Shown piece after piece: positions 14,775 through 29,920 of a DNA stretch of 64,000 nt (position 1 is the stretch's first letter; each line of letters begins with the position of its first letter). Made by a program: the position numbers and the translations under genes. The notes under the pieces are model-generated. The model searched no databases. It saw nothing but the letters and a program-made list of their open reading frames with translations, and was not told the origin of the DNA. The DNA comes from Eledone cirrhosa (Eukaryota): the NCBI GenBank assembly GCA_964016885.1, contig OZ024758.1, positions 7,750,001 to 7,814,000 on the forward strand, given 5' to 3'.

Positions 14775-14998
14775 ATATACACTTAAATATAAGTTGATCC
14801 GAATATAAACCAGCCCCACTATTTTATGTTTGAGAAAGAGCAAAAATCCAAATCTCATTTATCAGCCAAGGCAACTAATTAACACACTGTTTGGATGGCT
14901 ATATAAGCAGCCCCCCCCCCCCCCCCCCCGCCCCCCTTTACTTTTGATTTTTTTTTGGGTCACATATTTCTCAGCTTATATTCGAGTATATACAGTAA
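14775..14998. mobile_element. Tc1/mariner (pogo-like) MITE
   Basis: TIR ..tatatactcgaatataagctga / tcagcttatattcgagtatatacagta. Relatives at 2667-2872, 8090-8660 and 27446-27646. Confidence 0.6.
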
Positions 14999-16937
14999 AT
15001 GTGAATATATGTGGATGTGTTTATTTATGTCCTCTAACTTAATAGATTCAACAAAAAGAGCTTGATAAAATAAGTAACAGACTTAAAACCAATGTGATTG
15101 ACTAAATCTCTTCAAAGTGGTGTTCCAGCATGACCACAGTCTAATGTTTGAAAGCAATAAAAAAATGTGCAATCTCATCTTGACAAAATGAAAAATAGTT
15201 TCAGCTGCACATCACTAGGTTTCTAATAAACCAGTCTATACAGAAATGAGCTGTTGTTTCACTATCAGAGCTGTTTTTTAAAACTATTATGAATAAATTA
15301 TGTTACAGTTGGAGCTTGGTATTATTTCAAGTTACTATATATACATCATATCTTATAACTGTCAAAAATGCTATGTTGTTAACACCCAGTTTTTAAATAT
15401 TTCACGTTTAAGAAGAAAATCACTTTTAACCCTTTCGCATTTACATTACTCTATATATACTATTGTATTTTTGTAGTAAAGGCTTTACCTCACATAATAT
15501 CGAATCTATGAGATTTTGATATTATTTATTTTGAGAATAACACCTTAACATCAGTATGAGTGGCCAGTTACAGCCAGTTTGAACAGAAAGAGGTGAGAAA
15601 ATTCTGGTCAGATACGGCTGGTTTAAATGTTAAAGGGTTAAAATAGGTGGTTTGGAATATTTTTAAGGTCACTTTTGCTTCATATTTCGTAGATTATTTG
15701 ATAAATAAATGACAATCATCATCATCATCATCATTATGTCTGTTTTTCCATACTTGCCGTGGTTGGATGGGTCATTGTCATCACAGATTCTGCTCTACTC
15801 ATCGCATTCCTTATTAGGAATGAAAGACTAGCATTTGTAATATTATAAAGAAACTAGTAGAAATATTTTGGGTGGTAACAAAACAAAAAAAGCCAAGCAA
15901 GGGAAATATTATCTCTGGAAATCAAGTAGATAAATATCATCTATCAGCACTTTAGCAGAGGATAAGAGTGGATATGGAAGTAAGAAAGTGATGTATAGAC
16001 CAGTCAAACTCTTTTTAAGTGTATTAAAAATTGGCATAGAGACAAACCAATGAATATATATGTTTCTATAATTATTTTCATTAAAAAAACTCTCAACTAA
16101 TCTTTTTGCCAATGACATATCTAAACATTAAAGATTTTAAGAGCCTGAAGTTATTTCTTTGGATTATTTTTAACATTTTTATCTTCATAAGCAACAACAA
16201 CGTTGGCTTTCATATAAAACTACCGTATATACTCATATATAATATGTAGCAATAGATAGTTGTACCTTCTTTGTGTTTATAAAATGTTGACTTTATCCTT
16301 TGGCCTCTACATTGCTTCTTGTAAATGCTATTTGCAACTTAGCTTGCAGCTGTGTTAAAATAAAAGAGAAAATGTTTATCTAAAGTAAACCCAATGACTG
16401 TGAGTAGCGTCTAGCAAAGTCCTGGAACCATAGATATCACAGTAATGTATCTTTATGTCTGAAATAAACAGATTAACCGGTGCTTTTGAATCACCACTCT
16501 TAAATAACTGACAATATATATAGCACCTAATAGGCATTTAAATTACATCCAGCTGATAGAAAATTATGTTTCAAAGAGAGAGAAATTATTTTTGGTTTTG
16601 TTTGAGCTGTCATCAACATACATTTGTTTACAATACTAATATTGATGTACAATAAATATGACTATGCTAGAGTAGAAGCAAATGTAAAATGATGATAGTC
16701 AAAACACCCTACACACTCAATCATTTACCTCTACATGTATGTATGCATGCGCATGTGTGTTAATGTGTGCTGCATATTTCAAGCCTAACCCTAATGTTTG
16801 GTAAACTAGTTACAAGCAACTTTTTGCACTTGATTCCTTTATTAAAAAACACTAAGTTTTCTATGAGTATTTTATAGTATTTGAAAATTGTCAGAAAACT
16901 AATAACAAATAGCAAAATATATTTCGGAAAAAGTTGT

Positions 16938-17172
16938 AACATGTATCATATATCTATCAAACATGTACCATATATCTACCAAACATGTATCATATCTATC
17001 TACCAAACATGTATCATATCTATCTATCAAACATGTATCATATATCTATCAAACATGTACCATATATCTATGAAATATATACCATATATCTATCAAACAT
17101 GTACCATATATCTATATCTATCAAACAAACATGTACCATATTTCTATCAAACATGTATCATATCTATCAAAC
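16938..17172. repeat. ~21-bp minisatellite (tatctatcaaacatgtaYca)
   Basis: Direct inspection. Confidence 0.85.
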
Positions 17173-19079
17173 AACTACTGAAATAAGAAAAATAACAGAA
17201 GTTAAATAAATTAATCTTAATTTAAAATTTCCAAAATATTATTTTTCATTATATTTATTTTATTTGTGTATATAATTTACAACAGATGGTGAGAATATAG
17301 CAATTTACATTTGGTCAAACTTGATACCCACTAACAATGTAAAATAGGTGAAACTAGCTGTCAAGTTAAGCCGGTCCTGAGAGGAGTGACCACCAATAAG
17401 ACTGTCCAAGTCAGAAATCATTTACTGTAGACAAAAAAGCATATTAAATAGCATAACCATCAGAGGGGGACAACGGCAAAGGTCAAAGTTATGTGACTGT
17501 GTTTTGTGAGACATGAAGGGGTTTTAAGGTATGTCTGGGACGTTCCATTATGTAGTGAGAACGGATGTGGGGAGAGGGTGGCACTTATATGGGTATGTGA
17601 TAATTGAATGAGGGGGGAGAGTTCAATCCTTAGCAAAATATGTGTCGAGAAAATATTTTGAATTCAGCCTGCCACACAATACCAATCAGAAGCACATCTA
17701 ACTTCAATGAATATAATAAATCAAGCAACAAACAATTATAGATAAATTTCAGAGAGGTTAATCAACATTAAATTTTGTGAAATTTTACTTGCCAACAAAT
17801 TCCTTAGACATGTCTCAAATTCAATGAAATAATTTTATTTCTTGCACAAAATAAAACAAAAATTACAGATTAACTATATAAGACTAAAGGCTTGGTATCT
17901 TCTTCAAAGCAAGAGCAATGCAAGTGATAAGAAATGTCTATTAGCAAGTATAGAAATAAAGTTGCAGAATAAACTAGTCAGAAATTTACTTCATAATTAT
18001 CTAATATAGCATGTAGTGATTTAGAGCATGGTTTTTTGCTCTAAGGCAAGTCATTTAGAGCACTGATGCATAGATCCTGTTTTTATGCATCACTTGGGTA
18101 CTTTTAATGTCACAGACAGGTAATTATAAACAAATTATTTTCAGTGCAAATAAATAAAATTTGAGCAAATGAAGCTAACATTTGCTACGCCTCTCTGATG
18201 CCAACTTGTATAAGTCTGAGGCAATATGTGAGCAAATTGGAAGCAAGAGAAGACTGTACAGACAACATCTGGTACTGTGACTTAAGGAAAATAGAACATG
18301 ATTTTGGTTTACACACACACACATATCACCATCAACATCGTTTAACGTCTATCTCCTATGCTAGCATGGGTTACAAGGGAATTGTCCCACTTCAGGCAAG
18401 ATTGGTTGGGTGACCGTGTCTCGCTTGTATAGGACTGTATCTGGCAGGTTTTCTACGGCTGGATGCCCTTCCTATCACTACATTTACAGTGTGGACTGGG
18501 AGCCTTTTTACTGTGTCTCCTACACGACCACTTTACAGCATGGACTGAGTGCTTTTTGTTGTGACACCTACATATATATATATATATATATAATCCTGGT
18601 ATGTGTATAAACATTTCTTCTAACTTTAATTTTATACCTAATTGTGTATGGTTGATGGTATATTTAATCGATTTCCACGTGCTGTTGAAATGTTGGGTAA
18701 ATATTCTATGGCGGTTGGTCGCGAAGAGATTACTGTCATTTATTTATCTACTATTTCTTCATAGGTGCCTTTTAATCTTATAGCCTGGTCTAATTGATTT
18801 TTTTGTGTGGTTAATTATGCTAATTGGGAGAGGAAATGATGTATATCTATTATTAAATGATTCTATGGACATACTTTATAGTAAATATATATATATATAT
18901 ATATATTCTAAATAAGGGGCACACAGGACAAAGACAATGGAAAAATACAACAGAAAGATGGACAGTCTTATCTCCTCTGTCAACCTCTGGAAATCACTAT
19001 GGTTCTCGTTATATATGTAAATAATGGGTGGTTTCCCGATGTATATTGGGAGGTGACTACAATTAAAAAAGGTACTCAA

Positions 19080-19230
19080 TATGTTAGGAAAGTATAAGCA
19101 TCTTTATATTATCATAGAAATGATTTCTACAGGACTAGAACTGTTTCATTCATAATAAGAAGACATCAGGATGTTCTGATGAGTTCTTATGAACGGAAGC
19201 TCTAGTCTGTAGAAGTCATTTCTATAATAA
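19080..19230. mobile_element. Family-A fold-back element with a degenerate hammerhead core
   Basis: agaaatgatttctacaggactag...ctagtctgtagaagtcatttct hairpin; homologous to 34409-34540 and 41670-41790. Confidence 0.6.
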
Positions 19231-19251
19231 AATAAATAAATAAATAAATAA

Positions 19252-19284
<33 letters not shown>

Positions 19285-19353
19285 ATATGGTTAAGAGTCT
19301 TAAATAATACATTTATACACAGGAAACAGACAAAAGTGACAGAACTGTCTTTG

Positions 19354-19395
<42 letters not shown>

Positions 19396-19645
19396 TGTCA
19401 ATGTGGTTGGTGTTAGGAAGGGTATCCAACCATAGAAAACCCCCGATATGAGTGAGACACAGTCATCCGACACAACTTGCATCAACATAGGACCCATCTA
19501 TCTCCTGCTAGTGTGGAAAATGAACGTTAATCAATGATATATATATATATCATCATCATCGTTTAACGTCCATTTTCCACGCTAGCATGGGTTAGACGGG
19601 AGTTGTCCCAATTTGAGTCAAGGTCGGTCGGGTGACCGTGCCTCG

Positions 19646-19681
<36 letters not shown>

Positions 19682-20086
19682 GCACACACATGCACAAGTA
19701 TGTATGTACATGATTCTTCACCAACAAGGGGTTTCAGACTTTGCATGTAATTCATAAAAGCCCAACACCAATGCCACTACCACCAACACCACATATCTTA
19801 ATTCAGTTGTTTCTGTTTCTGATTTATACCAACATGTACCCCAAATATTATTGAATTATAGCGACTACCAACTAACAGAAGCAAAAAAAAAAAAGAAAAC
19901 AAGTGTTTTTTTGGTTAGGCGAAGGTGAGAATAATTGCAGAGCCAGAAAGGAAAATAAACTGAAATCTTATTTATATAGCAATAATTAATGGTTAGAACA
20001 TGATGTGTTCTTATTTGACTCTATAACATACTCATGCAGAAACAATAAATATGATGACAACATAAACTAGTTAAATCTCCCTCTCT

Positions 20087-20992
<906 letters not shown>

Positions 20993-21276
20993 TCATCATC
21001 ATCATCTTCGTTTAACGTCCATTTTCCACGCTAGCATGGGTTAGGCGGAATACATACACACACACATACATATATTGGTGTGTGATTGTGCAAATAATGT
21101 ACGTATGTCTATGGGTTTCTGTCTTTGTGAGTATAAACAGTGGAAAATCAACTAGATTTAATTTGTTGGTTTGGTATTTCCGAGTTTAATGACAGGGTTG
21201 GCTGGAGGTCTATAAATACCAGTAATATCTCATAAATAAATAAACAGCAGTAAGAAAATTGTTTTAGACAGAAACA

Positions 21277-21325
<49 letters not shown>

Positions 21326-21576
21326 AAGAGTACATAGACGGCAAATATCAAAGCACACACACATTTATATATATATACACACACACACATTTATATATAT
21401 ATACACACACACATGTATATATGAAGGGTATATAGATGGCAAATATTAAAGCGTACATTTTGTGGCTTACTGATATATAAGGAAATATTGCTGTAAATTG
21501 AATTACTGAATTGATATAGTTAGTGCTAAAAAAAGGTAAAGGAAAGCCGTAGGGAGAAATGAACTATGAAGGGATA

Positions 21577-21628
<52 letters not shown>

Positions 21629-21629
21629 T

Positions 21630-21882
21630 AGTGTGTGCAGGAGAGAAGACTGTGTTGGTATGGACATATGATGCGCATGGAGGATGACCGCTGGGTAAAG
21701 AAGTGCCAAGAAATCCCAGTAGCAGGAATATGCAGCAGAGGAAGACCACAAAAAACATGGGCGGAGGTGGTGAGAGCAGACCTCAGATCACTGACGAATG
21801 GAGAGATGCCGTGCTTAATAAGATCCGTCCCACCCTTGCAAGCAGGGAAAAGCAGACATAAAAGGATGATGATGATGATGAT
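21630..21882 (+). mobile_element. 3' end of an RTE-clade LINE
   Basis: Translates to QERRLCWYGHMMRMEDDRWVKKC...RGRPQKTW, the typical RTE ORF C-terminus; ends in (ATG)n. Similar 3' ends at 3803-4010(-), 14546-14752(-) and 47930-48190(+). Confidence 0.85.
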
Positions 21883-23689
21883 ATATGTATTATATATAGC
21901 CCTACCCATGCTAGCATGGTAGATGGATGTTAAATGATGACGATGATATATATATGTGTGTGTGTGTGTATATATATATTAAAAAAAGACCCTCATCGGT
22001 CATGAGACACCATGGGATTTGCACCTAGAAAGTTTCCCTTTGAGGCACAAGTCTGGGCACGGTTGTTTGTGGAAGACCAGAAGTCACTCATGCATATCAG
22101 CCTACCCTCTCCATGCTACCGATGATGTCAACTCATTTCTACAGCTGAGTAAACTGGAACAGCCTGAAATAAAGTGTCTTGCTCAAGAACACAACACATC
22201 ACCCGGTCCAAGAATCGAACTCAAAACCTTACGATTGCAAGCCCAATGCTCTAACCACTAAGCCATGCGCTTATATATATATATATATGTTTGTATGTAT
22301 TAAACTAGAAGCCATGAAATGATCAATAAATGCAAAAAATATTAGTTATTAACATTTCTTCAAAGTGTCATCAATCCTTTGAATGTCCTTAAAGTCATCA
22401 TTATAATTAAAACTACTAACACAACCTATTGTTTCATGGATAAAGCTATCACCATCATTCCAACATCTACTTTCAATGCTAGCAAAGGTTGAATGCCTCT
22501 ACATAGGCCAACACAGCACTGCAGTGAGCTACTGATCTCACAGACATGCCAAGGATTTGTGTCCTGCTTATGTAGGGTTTCATGTTCTACCAAGTGCAGA
22601 AGAGAGGTTGTCATGACTTTGATACAACTGAGGGTCCTCCCAGCTCTTTGTTTGGGAAGCTTTCCATGGCTGGATGCCCTTCCTGTCACCAACTACTTTA
22701 CAGTATGTACAAGGTGCATTTATCATGTAGATCACCAAAAGTAGGAAGGCTGACAGAAAATTGGTAGAACCGGTTAGACTTTGAACAAAATGCTTCGCAG
22801 TGTTTAACTTGACCTTTCATTCTTCTGGGGTTGGCAAGATAAGCACCAATGAAGTACTGGAGATGAAAAAGAAAGAAAAATACCAACTCCAAAAGATAAA
22901 TACCATTCATAAATGTGGTTGGTCTTAGGAAGGGCATCCAGCTGAAAACAAAACCCAGCCAAAATACAGTTCTGTTTGAGCCATGTATGGCAGGGCCAAC
23001 TGGCCAGACTTGTCACATAACATGGATGATTCACTCAACCCATACAAGCATAAAAAAAATAGATGTTAAACGGTGATGATGATGAAGCAAGGATCTGCTA
23101 CCATTGACACAGTCAGAATAAGAGTTTAAGAGTCAATCTTCAGAAGAGATTTGTGATGCAAAATTATGAGCTAGCTGGTGTAAGTATTTCCTCTCCGACA
23201 TAAATATGAAGGTTTCCACAGGTAATCATCTGATATTATATAAAAATAATCTGCACAAACAAAAACAAGGAAAGGAATAAATAGAAAATAATTGGAGACA
23301 AGTGAACAAGATAGAAATTATCGATAAAAAAAATTAGAAAGGATGTACAGATATGATTAGATATAAAGCACTAAACAATTTTGGATTACTATGCTAAATA
23401 AAATATTGGCGAGAAGTTCTCTCTTTATTCTTGGTATCTCTAATGTATGATTAGATTTAGAAATGTAGATAAAACCAAAAGTGGGAATGAAACACATATT
23501 CTGGCTTGAATACAAGTGCATTACCAATATTTTATCAGCCATTCAATTATTTTCACACACACCAATGTGCGTGTTTACAAATATGTAGGCCACCATTATG
23601 TGCTTATAAAAATCTTAGCAGTTAATTCCTAATTATATATACACACATATAGATATACATATATGAGTTCAGGGAATAACTTAATGCAG

Positions 23690-24759
23690 CCCTGTTTATT
23701 ATAAGCTCTCCATGTCTTTATGGGGAAATGAAGATTGGCTGTCTGTCCAGACTCCTGTTTGCTGATGCCCTTGTTTTAAAAGCCCTATCTATAGAAAATC
23801 TGGAAGAAATTCCAGATGTGGAAGTAAAAATCTAAAATCAAGAGGACTCAAAGTAAACTTATCTAAGATTAAAGTTTCAGTAAGTATTGGGTTTGAAATA
23901 AAGTTCTCATACAACTATATAAACATATTAAAAAAAAGTTGTGCAGGAAGTTTGTTTCCAAACTCAATAGTTCAAAAGACAAGACTTTGTAGCCATCAGG
24001 GAAATGGCCATGCTTGATATGTAGAAAAGGTGTTGGTAGGAATTCTACAAGGTGTACTCAAAGGTGTACTGGGATTGCAGACAGGCTGACAGGTACACAG
24101 CAGTACCCAGTAGAGCACCAGTGAAATATAACATTTCCAATACTTAAGAAGCTTCATAGAAGTAGTTGATAGCTTCTGTTACCCGAATGATCTAATTAGC
24201 AGCGGAAAAGGTTGCTCTGAAAGTGTAGTAGCTAGAATAAGAACAGGGCGAAAAATATTCAGGGAGCTACAATCTCTGTTGACAACAAAGAGATTCTCCA
24301 TCCAAGTAAAGGGTACGCAGATTTTATGATGCCTGTATACATAGTGCGCTGTAGTATTGTAGTGAGGTAGAAACACTGAATGCAGAGGATGTACAAAAGC
24401 TGAAAAACGATGGGTGTATGCAACATTAGTATGCATGTACGATAAAGCAAAGACGGGATGTGAGAAAATCTGGGTATAAATGGAATCAGATGTTGCCTGC
24501 AAGAGAGAAGATTGCATTGGTTTAAACATGCAATGTATGATGAGAGTTGGGTCAAGCTATGAGAGTTGGGTCAAGCTATGTCAGTAGTGGAAAGAAACTG
24601 AGGAAGAGAGAAACCAAAGACAACAATGGTAGAAGTTGTGACAACTGATCTTAGAATGATGAAACTCACAAAAAGAGACTAAAAAATGTAGGACACTGAA
24701 TTGCAGAGGATCCATCCAACTAACTGAGGCATAGAAAAGTGGATGTAAAGTGATGATAG

Positions 24760-24760
<1 letters not shown>
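23690..24760 (+). pseudogene. Decayed RTE-clade LINE reverse transcriptase, 3' part
   Basis: LLFADAL (YADD-like), GLKVNLSKIK and ..RRLHWFKH remnants with frameshifts; gatgat tail. Confidence 0.7.
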
Positions 24761-24806
<46 letters not shown>

Positions 24807-24929
24807 ATGTTTAATATAGAAATGGCTTCTACAGGACTAGAACCGTTTCATTCAAAAGATATCATCATGATACTAATGTATTGAGTATTTTACTAACTGT
24901 GGCTACTCCCAATTGAACCCGGGACTCAA

Positions 24930-24967
<38 letters not shown>

Positions 24968-26099
24968 CACCATCATCATCATCATCATCATCATCATCAT
25001 TTCATTTTACGTCCGCTTTTCCCTGCTTGCAAGGGTGGGACGGGAACTGATTCTGGCATGATTTCTACAGCTGGATGCCCTTCCTAACACCAACCTCATT
25101 TACAGTGAGTGCTGGGTGCTCTTTTGCCATGGCACCTCCACGACCACTTTGCAGTGGAATGATAGGGATATATATATATATATACACTGGTATCCACCTG
25201 TTTATGGTAGGGTTGAAAACACTGTTAGAACTCAACGCAGCCTTGAAGAGATGGTTTCAATGAGATTAGGCAGTGAGTGCTATAGTTTTTGTAGTATGCT
25301 CTCATCGCATAAGGTTCCTTCAAAGATTCTACTTGAGCTACAAAATCATTTATATATATATTACTCAACACCATAGGTTATAAGTCCTAAGCCACATTCT
25401 TCTTCTAACAATCCTAAGTATCCTTAATTCCTCTTTCTGTTTGAAGTGCCATCTTGTACATTTTTCACCATTATACTTTTGAAATGGTAGTTATTGAAAC
25501 AAAATTTCATTATTAAATGCAGTCAAATGAGAAAATAAATCCTTCTTTCAAATGGATTATAATACTTCCATTTGAAGTAATGCCCAAATATATTGCAAAA
25601 GCAGAAAGCACCTTATTAAGTGTCATCAAATGAAAAGAAAAAGATTAACAATTGTTACAGCATAAAACTGTCATTTGATTTTATGTCTACCTCAGTTTGT
25701 ATGTAAAGAAAATATACGAAACAGCTAAGGGGAAAATTCAGTTAGTTTCACTCACCATTCTCACAAATGTTGAGACATTTTCATTTTTTAGTCATTAGCA
25801 CCAAAGGCAGATTCAACCAAGTTTGTTGTTTGAGAAGGAGGGGCTGTAAAATCACTTGTAGCTAATTTGTGGTATTTGGCAAGAAATCAGAGATCCAACA
25901 CCACATGAAATGTTGTTTTAAAGAATGGTTTGGTGTCATGCTGCTGCCATTTTACATGTTTATTATTTCCATGTCAATCTGATCAAATACCATTTTAGAT
26001 GTGCAGTCATTATAAAATGGCTGAAGAGAGGTCCATCTGATTCAAATTCATGAATCTATAACTCTGATCCTCATGAGCTTGTAGGTATATATTGAAATT

Positions 26100-26395
26100 A
26101 TGAGGGTAATCCCAAAAGTAAGGTCTCCAAAGCGATGGGGACGCAGAGAAACTGTTCGTACGGCTGTTGGCAACACTGTTGTGATTGGTGCTTCCTTCAC
26201 TCTCAAACAAGCATGCGTGCGCTTCTCTGGGATGCTCAATCTTGGCTTGGCAGCCGTTGGGAATGGAGCTCCCGTTGAACGCTACCGCCAAGTGTGAATT
26301 TCGCGCAGTTTTTATATAGAGTGCAATCCCGAAAGTAAGGTCTCCTTTCGAGGAAAACATGCGTAAAGATCGGCAGATCACTCTGGATGCTCTCA
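26100..26395 (+). mobile_element. 5' end of a mariner-type transposon with a duplicated TIR-like block
   Basis: ta-tgagggtaatcccaaaagtaaggtctcc TIR, ATG at 26263 giving MELPLNATAKCEFRAV (mariner N-terminus-like), second ..aatcccgaaagtaaggtctcc at ~26316-26345. Confidence 0.65.
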
Positions 26396-27023
26396 GAATT
26401 CTCTCACCTCTTTCTGTTCAAACCAGCTGTAACCAGCCTCTCATGGTGATGTTAAGGTATTGTTCTCAAAATAAACAATATCAAAATCTCATAGATTTGA
26501 TATTATGTGAGGTAAAACCTTTACTGTGAAACTATAAAAGTAAATATAGAGTAGTGTAAATGTTAAAGGGTTAATAACTACATTGTTTCTTTCCAGGGAC
26601 TAGGTTGGAAAATAAACTTCATTTGGTCATTCCATGAGAATATCTTGGTCAGCCTATGAACTTTTTAGCTGACCTTTGTATATCATTGGAAGAAGAGTTT
26701 CCAACATTTTAGACAAAGTCTTCCTTCAAGCAGAGGGGAAAAGCTTTACTTTGTGCAAACATTGGAGTGACATGGTAGGTAAGAAAAAGGGAGAGAATTT
26801 TGGAGAGGCTGAAGCAGGAGATAGAGATAAAATAAGAGCAAGCAAAGGGAGGATATTGCTCAGTTTTAGGCAGGAAGGTGTTTTGTTTTGTTATTGTTGT
26901 CACTGATGGCAGCAAGCAGCTTGTCAACAGTACTGTTCTCATACATGTTCATATACACATACGCATTCAATCAGGCTACTGGATAGAAAATATTCACACA
27001 CATCCACACACACACACACACAC

Positions 27024-27070
<47 letters not shown>

Positions 27071-27651
27071 CCGGTACTTAATTTTCATTGGGTTATATGC
27101 CTCACCTCATTCAGCCTGTTATATATGGGGTTACACATATTGGACACTGGACTACCTGTTCACATGTTTACACATGCACACAAGATCTTGTAGTAATCAA
27201 TACGTATATATATGTATTAGGTTTAAATATAATCAGTGCAGAGATCCAAATACATTGGCATGTGAACAGGTACACATGCCTATCAATAAAAATGACAGGT
27301 AAACCAATTTAAAAATAGAAATACAAAGATATTCTGCATAATGCACATAGATAATAGGTGGAAAAAGTTATTAGGTAGAGAAGAAATGGTTATTGAAACC
27401 TAAGAGTAAGAGAGAGATGTTTGCAGAAATGCTGAAGACTAAAAGGTACCATATATACTTGAATATAAGCTGACTCCCCTATTTTATGCCTGAGAAACAG
27501 GCGAAAATCCAAACCACGTTTATAAACCAAGCCAGCTAATCAACACACTGATTAGATGTATATATAAGTCGATCATTCCCGCCACCTATTTTACCATCGA
27601 TTTTTTAGTCATATATTTCTTGGCTTATATTTGAGTATATACAGTAATTAA

Positions 27652-28788
27652 TAGAGTGGTGAGATGTGAGGAAATGGTGGGTCATAGCTTGGACTGGAGT
27701 GTGTTGCAGATAGAGTGGTGGGTCATAGCTTGGACTGGAGTTTGTTGCAGATAGAGTGGTGGGTCATAGCTTGAACTGGAGTTTGTTGAAGATAGAGTGG
27801 TGAGATGTGAGGAAATGGTGGGTCATAGCTTGGACTGGAGTGTGTTGCAGATAGAGTGGTGAGATGTGAGGAAATGGTGGGTCATAGCTTGGACTGGAGT
27901 GTGTTGCAGATAGAGTGGTGAGATGTGAGGAAATGGTGGGTCATAGCTTGAACTGGAGTGTGTTGAAGATAGAGTGGTGGGTCATAGCTTGAACTGGAGT
28001 TTGTTGAAGATAGAGTGGTGGGTCATAGCTTGAACTGGAGTTTGTTGAAGATAGAGTGGTGGGTCATAGCTTGAACTGGAGTGTGTTGCAGATAGAGTGG
28101 TGAGATGTGAGGAAATGGTGGGTCATAGCTTGGACTGGAGTTTGTTGAAGATAGAGTGGTGGGTCATATCTTGGACTGGAGTTTGTTGAAGATAGAGTGG
28201 TGGGTCATAGCTTGGACTGGAGTTTGTTGAAGATAGAGTGGTGGGTCATAGCTTGAACTGGAGTGTGTCGAAAATAGAGTGGTGGGTCATAGCTTGGACT
28301 GGAGTGTGTCGAAAATAGAGTGGTGGGTCATAGCTTGAACTGGAGTTTGTTGAAGATAGAGTGGTGGGTCATAGCTTGGACTGGAGTGTGTCGAAGATAG
28401 AGTGGTGGGTCATAGCTTGAACTGGAGTGTGTTGAAGATAGAGTGGTGGGTCATAGCTTGAACTGGAGTGTGTCGAAAATAGAGTGGTGGGTCATAGCTT
28501 GAACTGGAGTTTGTTGAAGATAGAGTGGTGAGATGTGAGGAAATGGTGGGTCATAGCTTGAACTGGAGTTTGTTGAAGATAGAGTGGTGGGTCATAGCTT
28601 GGACTGGAGTGTGTTGCAGATAGAGTGGTGGGTCATAGCTTGAACTGGAGTTTGTTGCAGATAGAGTGGTGGGTCATAGCTTGGACTGGAGTGTGTTGAA
28701 GATAGAGTGGTGGGTCATAGCTTGGACTGGAGTGTGTTGCAGATAGAGTGGTGAGATGTGAGGAAATGGTGGTGGGTCATAGCTTGAA
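27652..28788. repeat. 41/59-bp minisatellite
   Basis: Unit gatagagtggtgggtcatagcttgRactggagtKtgttgMa, with an optional 18-bp agatgtgaggaaatggtg insert. Confidence 0.92.
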
Positions 28789-28955
28789 CAAAGGTGCCTG
28801 TGGAATTGACCACTCAGGTAACAATTAGTTGTACCAACATACAGAGCATTGCAGTGTTTGCCTGTGATGTTGTACTTGGCTGATATGCAGCTGAATTTCT
28901 AAATAATTTGGTACTGAGGTAAGGGTGCGAGTGATTGTTGTGGTGTTACTGATGC

Positions 28956-29640
28956 AGGGACAGGTATGGTATATCTGGTGATATAGGGACAGGTATGGTA
29001 TATCTGGTGTAGAGACAGGTATGGTATATCTGGTGATATAGCGACAGGTATGGTATATCTGGTGATATAGGGACAGGTATGGTATATCTGGTGATATAGG
29101 GACAGGTATGGTATATCTGGTGTAGAGACAGGTATGGCATATCTGGTGTAGAAACAGGTATGGTATATCTGGTGTAGAAACAGGTATGGTATATCTAGTG
29201 TAGAAACAGGTATGGTATATCTGGTGTAGGAACACGTATGGTATATCTGGTGTAGGAACACGTATGGTATATCTGGTGTAGGAACAGGTATGGTATATCT
29301 GGTGTAGAAACAGGTATGGTATATCTGGTGTAGGAATAGGTATGGTATATCTGGTGTAGGAATAGGTATGGTATATCTGGTGTAGGAACACGTATGGTAT
29401 ATCTGGTGTAGGAACAGGTATGGTATATCTGGTGTAGGAATAGGTATGGTATATCTGGTGTAGGAATAGGTATGGTATATCTGGTGTAGGAACAGGTATG
29501 GTATATCTGGTGTAGAAACACGTATGGTATATCTGGTGTAGGAACAGGTATGGTATATCTGGTGTAGAGACAGGTATGGTATATCTGGTGTAGGAACAGG
29601 TATGGTATATCTGGTGTAGAGACAGGTATGGTATATCTGG
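28956..29640. repeat. 26/29-bp minisatellite
   Basis: Unit caggtatggtatatctggtgtaggaa. Confidence 0.92.
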
Positions 29641-29920
29641 CAAGTTGGATGTGGCTTGACACAAGGGAGAGGAAATTCATATCTTTTGAAAGAAGGGTGA
29701 TGTGGGAAAGATTAGAATGAGAGTAAAAACTAGAAGTAGTGAATGAAATGAATCTTAACCCTGAGAGGGTAGTTGTGTGGAATGTAGAGGAAGTGGGGTG
29801 CATGTTGAGGGTGGAAGAGTGTGGTACAGTTGATAGGCAGAACTAGGGTTCCAAAATGATCGAAGGGAATTTTTTTATTGAAGTATTTATTGGAAATTAT
29901 TCCCACATCATCATTATCAT

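Noticed and set aside
16265-16348. Minus-strand exon-like segment with good acceptor and a GT donor
   Set aside because: Stops in all three frames and no HS2ST1 similarity; a non-coding or poison exon cannot be excluded.
25758-25844. Minus-strand AG...GTGAGT exon candidate
   Set aside because: Stop codons in all three phases.
28825-29803. ORFs with 26-aa repeats
   Set aside because: Produced by a 26-bp minisatellite open in all three minus frames; no splice or domain evidence.
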